From: Candidatus Saccharimonadales bacterium
Lineage (GTDB): Bacteria; Patescibacteriota; Saccharimonadia; Saccharimonadales; UBA10212
Direction: 5' to 3'
Assembly: GCA_040900055.1 (NCBI GenBank)
Contig: JBBDZU010000002.1
Span: 127,725 to 191,724, forward strand
DNA: 64,000 nt
Notes under the pieces: generated by a model
Told to the model about the DNA's origin: nothing
The model's input: the letters and a program-made list of their open reading frames with translations, nothing else
Database searches by the model: none
Made by a program: the position numbers and the translations under genes
Shown here: positions 36,815-46,006 of the stretch, in pieces
Layout: each line of letters opens with the position of its first letter
How positions within the stretch are numbered: position 1 is the first letter of the stretch

Positions 36815-37396
36815 GTGACTTCTGTCGAAGTAGGCAGAAACTCAGAGTCGATCTGGCCAGTACAAGGGGTGGATTTTTTTGAAGAACGTGGAGCTTTGTT
36901 AGTAAATGTTGGCGGACATGAGTTAATTGACAGCTTGATTGAAAAACCTGAGGTAGAAGAGCTTTTAGCCCATGGTTTTAACCGAAAAGAAGAGCTACAC
37001 ATAACAGTTCTGGGTTACGAGAACGGGAAACGCATAATCGATGCTACAAAGCATTATCCTGATAGCGAAAGGCAGGCACTGCTTTATCAGTTTGGCTCGA
37101 TGGCAAACAGCTTAAGGTGGTCATGGCAGCCAACTGGTGAGATTCATGTCTTACATAGGCGCGAGCGGGGTGGGCTTAAGGTTTTCTCAATGGTGGAATG
37201 TTCTGATGCAGAATTCTTCTATCAGTACGTGGAAATAACTCTCCCAGGAACGTATCTCAGGCGCCAACCTTTACACGTCACATTGTTAAAAAAAGCCTTT
37301 GAAAAAAATAGAACTAATGCCAGGGTGGGGGGTTTAGCTATAGGCAGGCCGTTGATTTCTTTAAGTCATTTACTACATGCGCCGACAGAAGGGTAA
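36815..37396 (+). CDS. 2H phosphoesterase superfamily protein (LigT/CPDase-like)
   Basis: 193 aa with two HxT motifs (LHITVLG, LHVTLLK) about 100 aa apart. GTG start after an AGGAGC SD. Confidence 0.55.
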   Translation: MTSVEVGRNSESIWPVQGVDFFEERGALLVNVGGHELIDSLIEKPEVEELLAHGFNRKEELHITVLGYENGKRIIDATKHYPDSERQALLYQFGSMANSLRWSWQPTGEIHVLHRRERGGLKVFSMVECSDAEFFYQYVEITLPGTYLRRQPLHVTLLKKAFEKNRTNARVGGLAIGRPLISLSHLLHAPTEG

Positions 37397-37440
37397 TAGT
37401 AAACAATTTAATTTATAAGAAACAAAAAGTAAAAACAAAA

Positions 37441-38184
37441 ATGTCAGTCGAAGCATTAGCACCAATAAGAAATTCCCAACTGGAAGAGTACTTTAGATTT
37501 GATAACGAAAATGATGCCGCGTTAAGTGGCCTCAAATCATTCGTTAGGAGTATTAACAGACGGCCAAACTTAACTAACGAGTATTCTATTGCCTTACCCC
37601 CACCACCTACTGGGTGTATGGAGAGTTGTCCATTTAAAAAGGGTAAGCATCGGTGTGAACTTACTGAACATCACTTGCATAGCACAGTCCCCGATTACGA
37701 AGCTGCTGGCGACTTAGCCATTGATTTTAGAGAACTCTCAGTTTTAACTGTTTGGCTGCCAGAATGCGTACACCATCGACATCATATGACGTTCGATATA
37801 CATGTACATATTCCAAGCGAAAAAGTTATGAAATGGTGTATACACGAACAGAAAATAATTCGAAATGTTGTTGACATCTCAAGGAGGCTTAGGAATACGG
37901 AGAAAGGCTTGGCGGAAGCTGCTGAAGCTGGGAAAGAGAGTTTTGGGCTTGATCAAGCTAAGGAAAGATTTATCGAAGAGCTAGACGACGCCCTTGTCGG
38001 AATTCAGAGCATTGAAGTCATACCCGAAGAGCTGGTAACAGGAGCATTGTTAGTTGCAGCCCCTGAACATGCCCAAGCTAGGATAGCCCGCGGGTCAGGG
38101 GTAGCCTTAACACGAACAATGACTATAAAAGAAGTGCCACTTGCCTTGTCGAATTTAGAAGCTGCAATGGCAGAAGCGGCCTAA
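37441..38184 (+). CDS. hypothetical protein with HNH-like Cys/His cluster
   Basis: 247 aa. CMESC...EHHLHSTVP...LPECVHHRHH resembles the HNH pattern CxxC...HH...CxxH. Helical C-terminal half. Confidence 0.4.
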   Translation: MSVEALAPIRNSQLEEYFRFDNENDAALSGLKSFVRSINRRPNLTNEYSIALPPPPTGCMESCPFKKGKHRCELTEHHLHSTVPDYEAAGDLAIDFRELSVLTVWLPECVHHRHHMTFDIHVHIPSEKVMKWCIHEQKIIRNVVDISRRLRNTEKGLAEAAEAGKESFGLDQAKERFIEELDDALVGIQSIEVIPEELVTGALLVAAPEHAQARIARGSGVALTRTMTIKEVPLALSNLEAAMAEAA

Positions 38185-38187
38185 ATC

Positions 38188-38216
38188 TTGACTAACAGGG
38201 GTGGCTAAGCTACACT
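38188..38216 (+). promoter_or_regulatory. putative rpsF operon promoter
   Basis: TTGACT, 17-nt spacer, TACACT. The ~67-nt leader contains hairpin TGGG-CTTAA-CCCA. Confidence 0.5.
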
Positions 38217-38289
38217 ATAGCGGTTAATAGAACTTCGGCCTGAGGCACTTATTTAGGTACTTGGGCTTAACCCAGAGGAAGAGGATGTT

Positions 38290-38703
38290 TTGAACCAGTA
38301 TGAAATTGCGGTGCTTTATCACCCAGATCTAGAAATTGATTTGGAAAAAGCCACCAGCAAAGTAGAGAAAATTATTGCTGGCAGTGACGGCAAAATCACC
38401 AAAACCGACAATTGGGGCAAGCGTAAATTGGCCTATCCTATTAACAAACAAGAGTTTGCTATTTACGTTTTTTATACGGTAGAGATGCCACCTCAAAACG
38501 TGGCAAATGTGGAACGAACCTTTAATATTACAGATGAGATTATCCGATTTTTAATAACCAAGCTAGATCTTAAAGCTATGGCCAAGGCCGAAGCTCTTAA
38601 GGCCGAAAAAACCAAAAGACAAGCCGAAAGAAGCAAGAGCTCAGAAGATGCCGAAGAAGAGGATGCCCCAAAAACTAAGCGCAGTAGTAAAATAGAGGAA
38701 TAA
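38290..38703 (+). CDS. rpsF: 30S ribosomal protein S6
   Basis: 137 aa. YEIAVLYHPDLE and NWGKRKLAYPI motifs. Acidic tail. TTG start. Confidence 0.93.
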   Translation: MNQYEIAVLYHPDLEIDLEKATSKVEKIIAGSDGKITKTDNWGKRKLAYPINKQEFAIYVFYTVEMPPQNVANVERTFNITDEIIRFLITKLDLKAMAKAEALKAEKTKRQAERSKSSEDAEEEDAPKTKRSSKIEE

Positions 38704-38715
38704 GAGGATTTAGAT

Positions 38716-39207
38716 ATGGCTCGCAGTTTTAATCAAGTAGTTCTGATGGGCAATTTAACTAGGGATCCGGAACTTCGCACAACTCCCAATGGCCAAAGTG
38801 TATGTAGTTTTAGCTTGGCTCTAAACCGTAACTATAAAAATGCCGAAGGCGAATGGACCGAGGCCACTGATTTTGTCGATATTGTAGCCTGGGCTGGCTT
38901 AGGTGAGCGTGTGGCCCAGTATTTAACCAAAGGCCGGCCAGCTTTGGTTAGTGGACGCTTACAAAGCCGCAGCTGGGAGCAAGACGGGCAAAAACGCACC
39001 AAATTAGAAGTTATCGCCCAAGATGTTACTTTCTTAGGTTCTCCAGGCGGAGCTGCTGCCGGTCCTAGCGAGCCGGCAGTTGCCCAACCGGCAAGTGACG
39101 GCAAAAAACCGGCCAAAAAAGCTGATAGCAAGAAGCAAAAGGAAGAAGATGTGGTCATCGAGGACATTGGCGATGAGCCAATTAACTTAGATGACATCCC
39201 ATTTTAA
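38716..39207 (+). CDS. ssb: single-stranded DNA-binding protein
   Basis: 163 aa. OB fold and a C-terminal DDIPF tip. Confidence 0.95.
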   Translation: MARSFNQVVLMGNLTRDPELRTTPNGQSVCSFSLALNRNYKNAEGEWTEATDFVDIVAWAGLGERVAQYLTKGRPALVSGRLQSRSWEQDGQKRTKLEVIAQDVTFLGSPGGAAAGPSEPAVAQPASDGKKPAKKADSKKQKEEDVVIEDIGDEPINLDDIPF

Positions 39208-39216
39208 GGAGAATAG

Positions 39217-39420
39217 ATGGCAAAAATATTCAAATACGGAAGCGACATAGCTTATTTTGACTATAAAGACTTTAAAACACTCCAGCGTTACATTAACCAG
39301 TACGGTCAGATTGAAACCCGCAAAAAAACGGGGTTAACCGAGTCTAAACAGCGCCAATTGGCACGGGCCATCAAACGCGCTCGGCATATTGCACTCCTAC
39401 CATTTGTTTCTAACGGCTAA
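39217..39420 (+). CDS. rpsR: 30S ribosomal protein S18
   Basis: 67 aa. QRQLARAIKRARHIALLP motif. Confidence 0.93.
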   Translation: MAKIFKYGSDIAYFDYKDFKTLQRYINQYGQIETRKKTGLTESKQRQLARAIKRARHIALLPFVSNG

Positions 39421-39426
39421 AACTGT

Positions 39427-39993
39427 ATGGCTTTTGCGATAACCGACCTTAAAAAGGGTACGGTTTTTGCGCTAGATGGGGTGCCTTATAAAGTTATGGA
39501 GTACAGCCATAAGGTGATGGGGCGGGGCAGCTCGACGGTCGATGTAAAGATTCGTAGCCTTATAGACGGCAAAGTTTTGGATAAAACTTTTAGGGGTAAT
39601 GAGCAAATAGAGGCTGCTAATCTTAGTAGTCGACCGTTGCAATATCTTTATCAGGATAACGAGCAGTTTCACTTTATGGACAGCCAAAATTATGAGCAAT
39701 TTAACCTAGTAGCTGCCGACGTGGAAGGCAAAGGCGATTACTTAAAAGAGGGGGACGAAGTTCAAGCCCAGTTTTTTAACGGACGTATAATTAACATTGA
39801 GCTGCCCAAGAACCTGCCGCTTAAAGTCACCTACACCGAAGACGCGGTTCGCGGCGATACTTCTACGGCTGTCACTAAAAATGTCACCCTAGAAACCGGC
39901 CTGACTATTAAAGTCCCAGGCTTTATCAAGCAGGGCGATATGATATCTGTAGACACAACCACCGGAGCTTATCGCGAAAGGATTAAAAATTAA
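39427..39993 (+). CDS. efp: elongation factor P
   Basis: 188 aa. Typical EF-P three-domain sequence. Confidence 0.95.
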   Translation: MAFAITDLKKGTVFALDGVPYKVMEYSHKVMGRGSSTVDVKIRSLIDGKVLDKTFRGNEQIEAANLSSRPLQYLYQDNEQFHFMDSQNYEQFNLVAADVEGKGDYLKEGDEVQAQFFNGRIINIELPKNLPLKVTYTEDAVRGDTSTAVTKNVTLETGLTIKVPGFIKQGDMISVDTTTGAYRERIKN

Positions 39994-40039
39994 CCCATCA
40001 GATAACGCGGGCAAGTTTCGGTACTGGCTGGCCTTTTTC

Positions 40040-40480
40040 TTGGCAGATTTAGCTGAAGGGGAGGTTTTTAAGACCGGGCTAGCTCATATAACTGTCATCC
40101 CCTGGTTTGTTGTAGAGGATGACCAACAATTAACTAAGGTTTTTCACCAACAGTTTGAACAGACAAAATCATTTAACGTTCATTTAGGCAGTAAGGTAAT
40201 GTTTGGGCCTAAAAAAGACGTGCCGGCCATTTTAGTAACTGCCACACCGGAAATCTTGAGAATTCACCATCTAGCTCTTGATTTAATGGATAAAGTTGGC
40301 GCTCGCTGGGCGGTAAAACATCCGCATGCCAGCAAAGACTATGTTCCGCACATTAGGTTACGAGAAGGCTTTAAATTCAGGGAAGGGAAAGAGATTGAAT
40401 TAACCTCGTTAATATTAGTTAGAGCGGCTCGTAAAGAAGATAATATTCGCCATGTTATGGCTGAGGTAGTCTTTAAGTGA
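40040..40480 (+). CDS. hypothetical protein, possibly a degenerate 2H phosphoesterase
   Basis: 146 aa with AHITV (HxT) and PHIRL. The second motif is non-canonical. TTG start. Confidence 0.35.
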   Translation: MADLAEGEVFKTGLAHITVIPWFVVEDDQQLTKVFHQQFEQTKSFNVHLGSKVMFGPKKDVPAILVTATPEILRIHHLALDLMDKVGARWAVKHPHASKDYVPHIRLREGFKFREGKEIELTSLILVRAARKEDNIRHVMAEVVFK

Positions 40481-41193
40481 GCAAAAAACGGTTAGATAGA
40501 GCTTTGGTAGAACGGGGGCTAGTATCTAGCCGTTCTCAAGCCGAGCACTATATTAAACTTGGCTATGTAGAAGTTAATGGACAGCCTGTTTTAAAACCGT
40601 CTTTTGAAGTTGCAGGATCTGCTAAAATACGGATAAATTCTGCTCAATACGTCTCTAGAGCAGCCCTTAAGTTGGCATCTGTGGCAGAGACACTAGGGCT
40701 AGATTTTAGAGGTAAATTGGTCATAGATGTAGGCAGTAGTACCGGTGGCTTCACTGATTATGCCCTTAAGCATGGCGCCAAAAGGGTAATAGCAGTCGAT
40801 ATTGGCAGTGGCCAACTGCACCCTGATTTGAGAGCCGATAGTCGCGTGGAACCTTATGAAAAAACTGACATTAGAAGCTTTAAAACAAAGTTAAAACCGG
40901 AGATTATCTTAATTGACGTGAGCTTTATTAGTCTTCGCTTAATACTGCCAGCAGTTGCCGCATTGAGTAAAAAAAGTACTCAAATTGTGGCCATGGTTAA
41001 ACCGCAGTTTGAGGCCGGGGTCGAAGAGGCCCACAAAGGAGTTATTAAGAACGATACAGTTAGGCGTCGAATACTAAAAAATTTTGAAAACTGGGCTAAA
41101 AAACACTTCGTTTTGTCGGCCAAAGCTGACTCCAAAGTTGCCGGCAGCCACGGTAACTTGGAGAGATTTTACCTACTTAAGCCCATGTTATAA
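40477..41193 (+). CDS. tlyA: TlyA-family rRNA 2'-O-methyltransferase
   Basis: 238 aa. S4 domain plus FtsJ-like methyltransferase (DVGSSTGGFTD). Confidence 0.88.
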   Translation: MSKKRLDRALVERGLVSSRSQAEHYIKLGYVEVNGQPVLKPSFEVAGSAKIRINSAQYVSRAALKLASVAETLGLDFRGKLVIDVGSSTGGFTDYALKHGAKRVIAVDIGSGQLHPDLRADSRVEPYEKTDIRSFKTKLKPEIILIDVSFISLRLILPAVAALSKKSTQIVAMVKPQFEAGVEEAHKGVIKNDTVRRRILKNFENWAKKHFVLSAKADSKVAGSHGNLERFYLLKPML

Positions 41194-41194
41194 T
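41186..41194 (+). promoter_or_regulatory. extended -10 promoter (TGTTATAAT) for the Rpf-like gene leader
   Basis: Overlaps the tlyA stop. It predicts a leader of about 180 nt containing hairpins GTCTAT/ATAGAC, GCTCTA-GCAA-TAGAGC and ATAGGTG/CGCCTAT. Confidence 0.45.
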
Positions 41195-41380
41195 GTGGGG
41201 GACGGTTGTCAGACCGGTCCGAAAATATGTGTCGCAAAGAGTCTATAAAATAGACGCCAATTTGCGGGACTCGGACTTTAAGCCTAGTCGCTCTAGCAAT
41301 AGAGCAGCCTCGACGGCTTACAAACTGGCAATCAGATAGATAGGTGTGAAGACGCCTATCGTACCTTAGGGAGACGACAT

Positions 41381-42016
41381 TTGCTTAAGCTCACGGCCAA
41401 GCAGTGTTTGGCGATGGCACTTTTTGCCGCTATCGCCACAGCCTGCGGCACCGACAGAGCAGCGGCTAACACGTCGGTAGGCAGCCAGTTCCAGATTGGC
41501 TGGATCCAGCAAGACATCCAATTAGCAGCACTCAAGCGCGCCATCAAAACCAAGCGTCGTGAGACTTGGCAGTGGCAGGACAGCTCGCTGACGCCACGAA
41601 CGCCAACCGACTACAAGGAGCGCACAACTAAGAGCCCGGCTTTTCTGGAGTGGATTCGCGACTACTGGGCGGAGAAGCTGAGGAAAGCCAAAAAAAAGGC
41701 TCTCAACCCGCCGCACAAGCCGGAGTGGGAATGCATACACGGTCACGAAGCTGCGTGGGACAACCCCGGCCTAACTTGGCAGGGCTATCCCTCTCGCTAC
41801 TATGGTGGCTTGCAGATGGATCGGCAGTTTATGGCCACCTACGGGGCTTTCTTCGTTCGCAAGTACGGAGGTCGGGTTGTAGACGGCAGGGCTTACGGTG
41901 GCGAAGCCCATCTTTGGACACCGCACGAGCAGATGTGGGTGGCCGAGATGGCTCATCGTGTCCGTGGCTTCAATCCTTGGCCTAACACGGCCCCTAAGTG
42001 CGGACTTCCCACTTAG
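41381..42016 (+). CDS. lipoprotein with Rpf-like/transglycosylase-like domain, GC-rich foreign gene
   Basis: Lipobox AIATAC|G. The sequence W-ECIHGHEAAWDNPG...YYGGLQMDRQF resembles the Rpf-type transglycosylase-like domain. About 58% GC. TTG start after an AGGGAG SD. Confidence 0.65.
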   Translation: MLKLTAKQCLAMALFAAIATACGTDRAAANTSVGSQFQIGWIQQDIQLAALKRAIKTKRRETWQWQDSSLTPRTPTDYKERTTKSPAFLEWIRDYWAEKLRKAKKKALNPPHKPEWECIHGHEAAWDNPGLTWQGYPSRYYGGLQMDRQFMATYGAFFVRKYGGRVVDGRAYGGEAHLWTPHEQMWVAEMAHRVRGFNPWPNTAPKCGLPT

Positions 42017-42026
42017 CCCACAAACA

Positions 42027-42053
42027 GGCCGGGCACCCAAAAGGTGCCCGGCC
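42027..42053 (+). terminator. 11-bp GC hairpin without U-tract
   Basis: GGCCGGGCACC-CAAAA-GGTGCCCGGCC, 10 nt after the stop. Confidence 0.45.
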
Positions 42054-42085
42054 ATCTGGCAACCGTCAATAAAACTAGACCTATT

Positions 42086-42094
42086 TGTTATACT
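42086..42094 (+). promoter_or_regulatory. extended -10 promoter (TGTTATACT), leaderless configuration
   Basis: The box ends 8 nt before the ATG at 42103. Confidence 0.45.
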
Positions 42095-42102
42095 GCTTAT
42101 GT

Positions 42103-43221
42103 ATGAACCTAGCCAGAAAAAACCGCCTGGCCTTAGTCAGTTTTTGCTTGCTACTTACTTTAGCGCCTGTCAGCGTTGTTTACGGGGCTAAACCTTACTT
42201 GAAAGTCTTTGGTGGTGATGTAATGAGTGGCGGCTGGTTTAACGCAGGCTCTTCATGTAATACTGCGGCTGGTTCTAGCTACCAGGACCCCAATTATCAA
42301 CTGGTTGGTGATGTTCGTAACGGCGGCATTTTGGCATTTTCCAAAGAGGGCCCAAATGGTGTGTCAGCTGGCGGAGCTTCCAGCCAGTATGGAGCTTTTT
42401 CGCTGGGTCAAATAGAGGGTAATAGTGGGCCGCAATATGGTTTTTATAGTGGTAGCGCCCAAAGTGCCAACGGCCCAACGTCTAAAAAATACTTAAGTTT
42501 TGCTAACGATGATGAAGCCAAAGCCCCGTGGGGTGGTTTTTACGAAGGCGATGTTCGCCAGTCGGCTTGCTTGCCGGACTACTGGACAAAACTAGCTAAC
42601 GCTAACGCTTCTGGTCTGTCGGTTTTAGGGTCCTTGACGCCTAGCGGGGCTTATTCGGCTTCGGCTAGTGGTTCTAATCCATTTGTAGTCAACAATTCGC
42701 CCGTGAACCTTTCGGCCGGTAAAAAAATTACACTATTTGTCAATGGCAATGCCTATATTGGCAATAATATTACCTATGGACCATCCAACGCTAACAATCT
42801 GCCTAAATTTGCACTAGTGGTGAAAGGCAGCCTTTATATAGATCCGGCAGTTACCCAGCTCGACGGAGTATATATAGCCCAACCAGCTGGCAATATTGTC
42901 ACTGCCGACGACGGCAATATTTGGACTTGCCACCCTAACAATTCTTTGCCAGTTTATGACGACTACCCAGCTACTTGCACCAACCAGCTGGTGGTAAACG
43001 GCGCGCTATTGGCCAAACAAATTAACTTTTTACGGGCTAAAGGCGACGTAGCAACAGCTACGACCGCCGAGGATGACTTAAGCCCTGCGATGGCCTCGGA
43101 TAACATCGCCGAGATTATTAATTACACACCAGCCATGGTCATTGGTGGGCCATTTTTTAATCAAGCCACGGCACCAACATTAAAGGTCCAAAGCCTGCAA
43201 AGCTTGCCCCCGGTTTTTTAG
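42103..43221 (+). CDS. secreted hypothetical protein upstream of the T4P operon
   Basis: Signal peptide MNLARKNRLALVSFCLLLTLAPVSVVYG. Gly/Asn/Ser-rich. No family recognised. Confidence 0.5.
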   Translation: MNLARKNRLALVSFCLLLTLAPVSVVYGAKPYLKVFGGDVMSGGWFNAGSSCNTAAGSSYQDPNYQLVGDVRNGGILAFSKEGPNGVSAGGASSQYGAFSLGQIEGNSGPQYGFYSGSAQSANGPTSKKYLSFANDDEAKAPWGGFYEGDVRQSACLPDYWTKLANANASGLSVLGSLTPSGAYSASASGSNPFVVNNSPVNLSAGKKITLFVNGNAYIGNNITYGPSNANNLPKFALVVKGSLYIDPAVTQLDGVYIAQPAGNIVTADDGNIWTCHPNNSLPVYDDYPATCTNQLVVNGALLAKQINFLRAKGDVATATTAEDDLSPAMASDNIAEIINYTPAMVIGGPFFNQATAPTLKVQSLQSLPPVF

Positions 43222-43281
43222 CCAAAAAGCTTTCAGATAGCCAAGCAGCTTTTAACAGCTTACGAAAAACCAATGTGCTCA

Positions 43282-43290
43282 TGTTATAAT
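43282..43290 (+). promoter_or_regulatory. extended -10 promoter (TGTTATAAT) of the pilM operon
   Basis: Lies 61 nt upstream of the pilM ATG. Confidence 0.45.
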
Positions 43291-43350
43291 TCCAGCCAGA
43301 ATATGGAGAGATCTACTAACATAAAAATAGTGGCGGAGCGTTAGCTCGAC

Positions 43351-44394
43351 ATGAACTTACTAAGCGGTGGGGATGGCAATTTCTTTGGCCTTGATATTGG
43401 CAGCTCAGCAATTAGGGTAGTTCAGCTTAAAGGTACTCAAAATCCCAAGGAACTAGACAAATACGGGCAACTGGCGGCTACCGGCAACATGACTTTGAGT
43501 GACTCTAAAGAAGACCAAGCTAGGGTGACCCAAACCGTCCGCGAAGTTGTTAAAAAAAGCGGCATCGCAAGCAAAAACGTAGTGGCAAACCTACCAAGCA
43601 ACCGCGTTTTTACAACTGTTATTGATATGGATCGGATGGCGCCAGAGCAACTGGCCCAAACCATTAATTATCAAGCTGACTCTATCATTCCAACGCCGCT
43701 TGAACAGTCTAAAATTGACTGGGCAATCATTGGCAACTCTCCCAAAGACCCTAAGAAAGTTGAAGTGCTGCTATCTTCGGTCGCCAATAGCTTTATCGAA
43801 GCTAGGTTAGACATGCTAGAAGCTGCCGGGCTTAACGTTATTGCTTTTGAGCCGGACTCTTTGGCCTTAATGCGGGCAGTTATCCCACCAGACACCCACA
43901 CACCCCAGCTAATACTAGACGTTGGCTCGGTCGCGACTGATTTAGTTGTGGCTATGGGCGGAGCGCCACGGCTAACGCGGGCTATCCCAATTGGCGCCAG
44001 TACCCTAATTAGGGCGGCTTCTCAAAATCTAAATATCGAACCGGCCCAAGCTCAGCAGTTTGTGGCTAAATTCGGCGTCAGTCGCGATAAACTGGAAGGT
44101 AAGATTTATAATGCCATAATAGCCACGGTGGATAATCTAATGGCCGAAATAGAAAAATCGATAAAATTTTTCCAAAGTAGATACCCTAATACCAAGCTGG
44201 AGCGGATTATTGTGACGGGCGGAGCCTCGTCTTTACCAGAGTTTCCGCTTTATATAGCCAACCGCTTTGGCATAAACGTCGAGATTGGCAATGCCTGGCG
44301 TAACGTTAGTTTTTCCGGCAGCCGCCAAAATGAACTGCTGTCAGTTTCTAATCATTTTGCCGTAGCAGCAGGGCTTGCGGAGAGGACAACGTGA
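43351..44394 (+). CDS. pilM: type IV pilus assembly protein PilM
   Basis: 347 aa. Actin-like ATPase fold pattern (GLDIGSSAIRVV). First gene of the pil operon. Confidence 0.85.
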   Translation: MNLLSGGDGNFFGLDIGSSAIRVVQLKGTQNPKELDKYGQLAATGNMTLSDSKEDQARVTQTVREVVKKSGIASKNVVANLPSNRVFTTVIDMDRMAPEQLAQTINYQADSIIPTPLEQSKIDWAIIGNSPKDPKKVEVLLSSVANSFIEARLDMLEAAGLNVIAFEPDSLALMRAVIPPDTHTPQLILDVGSVATDLVVAMGGAPRLTRAIPIGASTLIRAASQNLNIEPAQAQQFVAKFGVSRDKLEGKIYNAIIATVDNLMAEIEKSIKFFQSRYPNTKLERIIVTGGASSLPEFPLYIANRFGINVEIGNAWRNVSFSGSRQNELLSVSNHFAVAAGLAERTT

Positions 44395-45059
44395 GCGCTG
44401 TTCAATTTAATTTGCTGCCGGACATAAAACTAAAGTATGTTCAGGCCCAGCGTACTAAAAATAAAGTAGTTAGCTTATCGATTTTAATTTCGGCGGTGGC
44501 TTTGGGCATCTTTTTGTTGCTGCTGGCCTACACCGGAGCCGTCCAACGAAAACAACTATCCGACGCCGACAAAAATATTGCAGCCAAAACCACCGAGCTA
44601 AAAGCTATCCCCGAAATTGAAAAAGTCTTAACCGTCCAAAACCAATTGCAAACACTATCAACCTTGCATGCCGACAAGCACGTTACATCGCGAGTTTTTG
44701 ACTATTTGTCGCAAGTTACGCCGGCGCAGGTCTCTTTGAGTCGCTTGAGTCTCGATTTTGCTACTAACGTTATGATGGTAGAGGGCAGCGCCAATTCCCA
44801 AGCCAGCGTTAACCAATTTATTGATACTCTCAAGTTTACTAAATATAAAGTAGGCGAGGCCGGGCAAGAGGGCACAGCTTTCCCGTCGGTAATAGAGAGC
44901 AGTTTTTCAATTGTGCCGCCAAATGTTAGTTATTCACTGACCGTTAGCTTTGATCCAGAGCTTTTTATAGGCAGCCAAGGCGCTCCGACTTTGCAGGTAC
45001 CCAGCCGCATTACCACCCATTCATCGCTGGATGCTTTATTTGAGGGGGCTCCCAGATGA
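44391..45059 (+). CDS. pilN: PilN-like T4P inner-membrane component
   Basis: 222 aa. FNLLP N-terminal motif and a single TM segment. GTGA overlap with pilM. Confidence 0.7.
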   Translation: MSAVQFNLLPDIKLKYVQAQRTKNKVVSLSILISAVALGIFLLLLAYTGAVQRKQLSDADKNIAAKTTELKAIPEIEKVLTVQNQLQTLSTLHADKHVTSRVFDYLSQVTPAQVSLSRLSLDFATNVMMVEGSANSQASVNQFIDTLKFTKYKVGEAGQEGTAFPSVIESSFSIVPPNVSYSLTVSFDPELFIGSQGAPTLQVPSRITTHSSLDALFEGAPR

Positions 45060-45739
45060 AATTGCCAGTATCAATTAAACACTTGCAGACTTCTCAGACT
45101 AACTCGGTTATTTTAAGCGTGGTAGCTATTGCCACCGTTGTGACGGTTTTTTGTCTAGTTAGCGCTAAAACTTTGGTTAGCCAGGCGGCTTACCAAAACC
45201 GACTGCTGTCAGCCAAGAACCAAACAGTCAAACAATTAGAGACAGACAAAACCTCAGCCCAAACCTTAACTAGCAGCTACAAGGCAGTTTTTGCGTCCAA
45301 CGAGCCCTTAAATGTGCTGGGTGCTAAAAACGACTTTGGGGCAAATGCCATTCCGCCGGATATTGATAATACCCGCCTAACCCTAAATGCTTTGCCGGTG
45401 ACCTATGACTTTCCGGCTTTAATTTCATCGTTATCTAAAATCTTAAATGCCAGCGGCATATCTAGCCCTAGTATTTCGGCCACTGACGAATCCGAAACTG
45501 CCAGCAACCAACCGGCAGCCGATCCCAAGCCCATTGAAATTAAATTCTCAATAAGCGGTAACGGTAATTACGACAGTATTAAACGTCTGATAAGGGATTT
45601 TGAACGGTCTATTAGGCCATTCGATATCGTAAGCCTGCAATTATCCGGCAGTGACTCATTTATGACCGTTGGCTTAAACGCCGTAACTTACTACCAGCCG
45701 GCTAAAACGCTGGATAGCGGCAAAAAGGAGATTCGCTAA
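45056..45739 (+). CDS. pilO: PilO-like T4P inner-membrane component
   Basis: 227 aa. Single TM segment plus coiled coil. Assigned by position after pilN. Confidence 0.55.
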   Translation: MKLPVSIKHLQTSQTNSVILSVVAIATVVTVFCLVSAKTLVSQAAYQNRLLSAKNQTVKQLETDKTSAQTLTSSYKAVFASNEPLNVLGAKNDFGANAIPPDIDNTRLTLNALPVTYDFPALISSLSKILNASGISSPSISATDESETASNQPAADPKPIEIKFSISGNGNYDSIKRLIRDFERSIRPFDIVSLQLSGSDSFMTVGLNAVTYYQPAKTLDSGKKEIR

Positions 45740-46000
45740 ATGAAGCGAAAAGATATCTTTTCGCTGGTTGTTACGGCCGTCGTTACCGGCCTAATCTCGT
45801 TATTTATCACCAATGCCTTATTTAAGACCCCGCAAAGCCGGGCTGGCCAAGTACCGCAGGCGCCGGTTATTACTACGATTTTCCCAGACGTTAAGAACGA
45901 CCCAGCCTATAAAGCTTTTCTTAACGAGCAGGCCCTTGACCCAACTCAGCCCATCCAAATCGGCAACACTAATAACACCTCGCCGTTTCTTAATAGATAG
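45740..46000 (+). CDS. small membrane-anchored protein in the T4P operon
   Basis: 86 aa. One TM segment. No family recognised. Confidence 0.45.
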   Translation: MKRKDIFSLVVTAVVTGLISLFITNALFKTPQSRAGQVPQAPVITTIFPDVKNDPAYKAFLNEQALDPTQPIQIGNTNNTSPFLNR

Positions 46001-46006
46001 GCTCTT

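Noticed and set aside
41195-41380. c-di-AMP (ydaO-yuaA) riboswitch upstream of the Rpf-like gene
   Set aside because: This was expected by analogy with actinobacterial rpf genes. However, I could not find the conserved GGGGUGAAUC or CAGCUAACCUCGUAAGCG-type segments. Only a generic GGGGAC and several hairpins are present. It is kept as an unclassified structured leader.
41183-42097. Direct repeat ATGTTATAATG / TTGTTATACTG flanking the Rpf-like islet as a possible target-site duplication
   Set aside because: The same TGTTATAMT box recurs at 43282 and 51904 in front of genes. These are more simply extended -10 promoters than integration scars.
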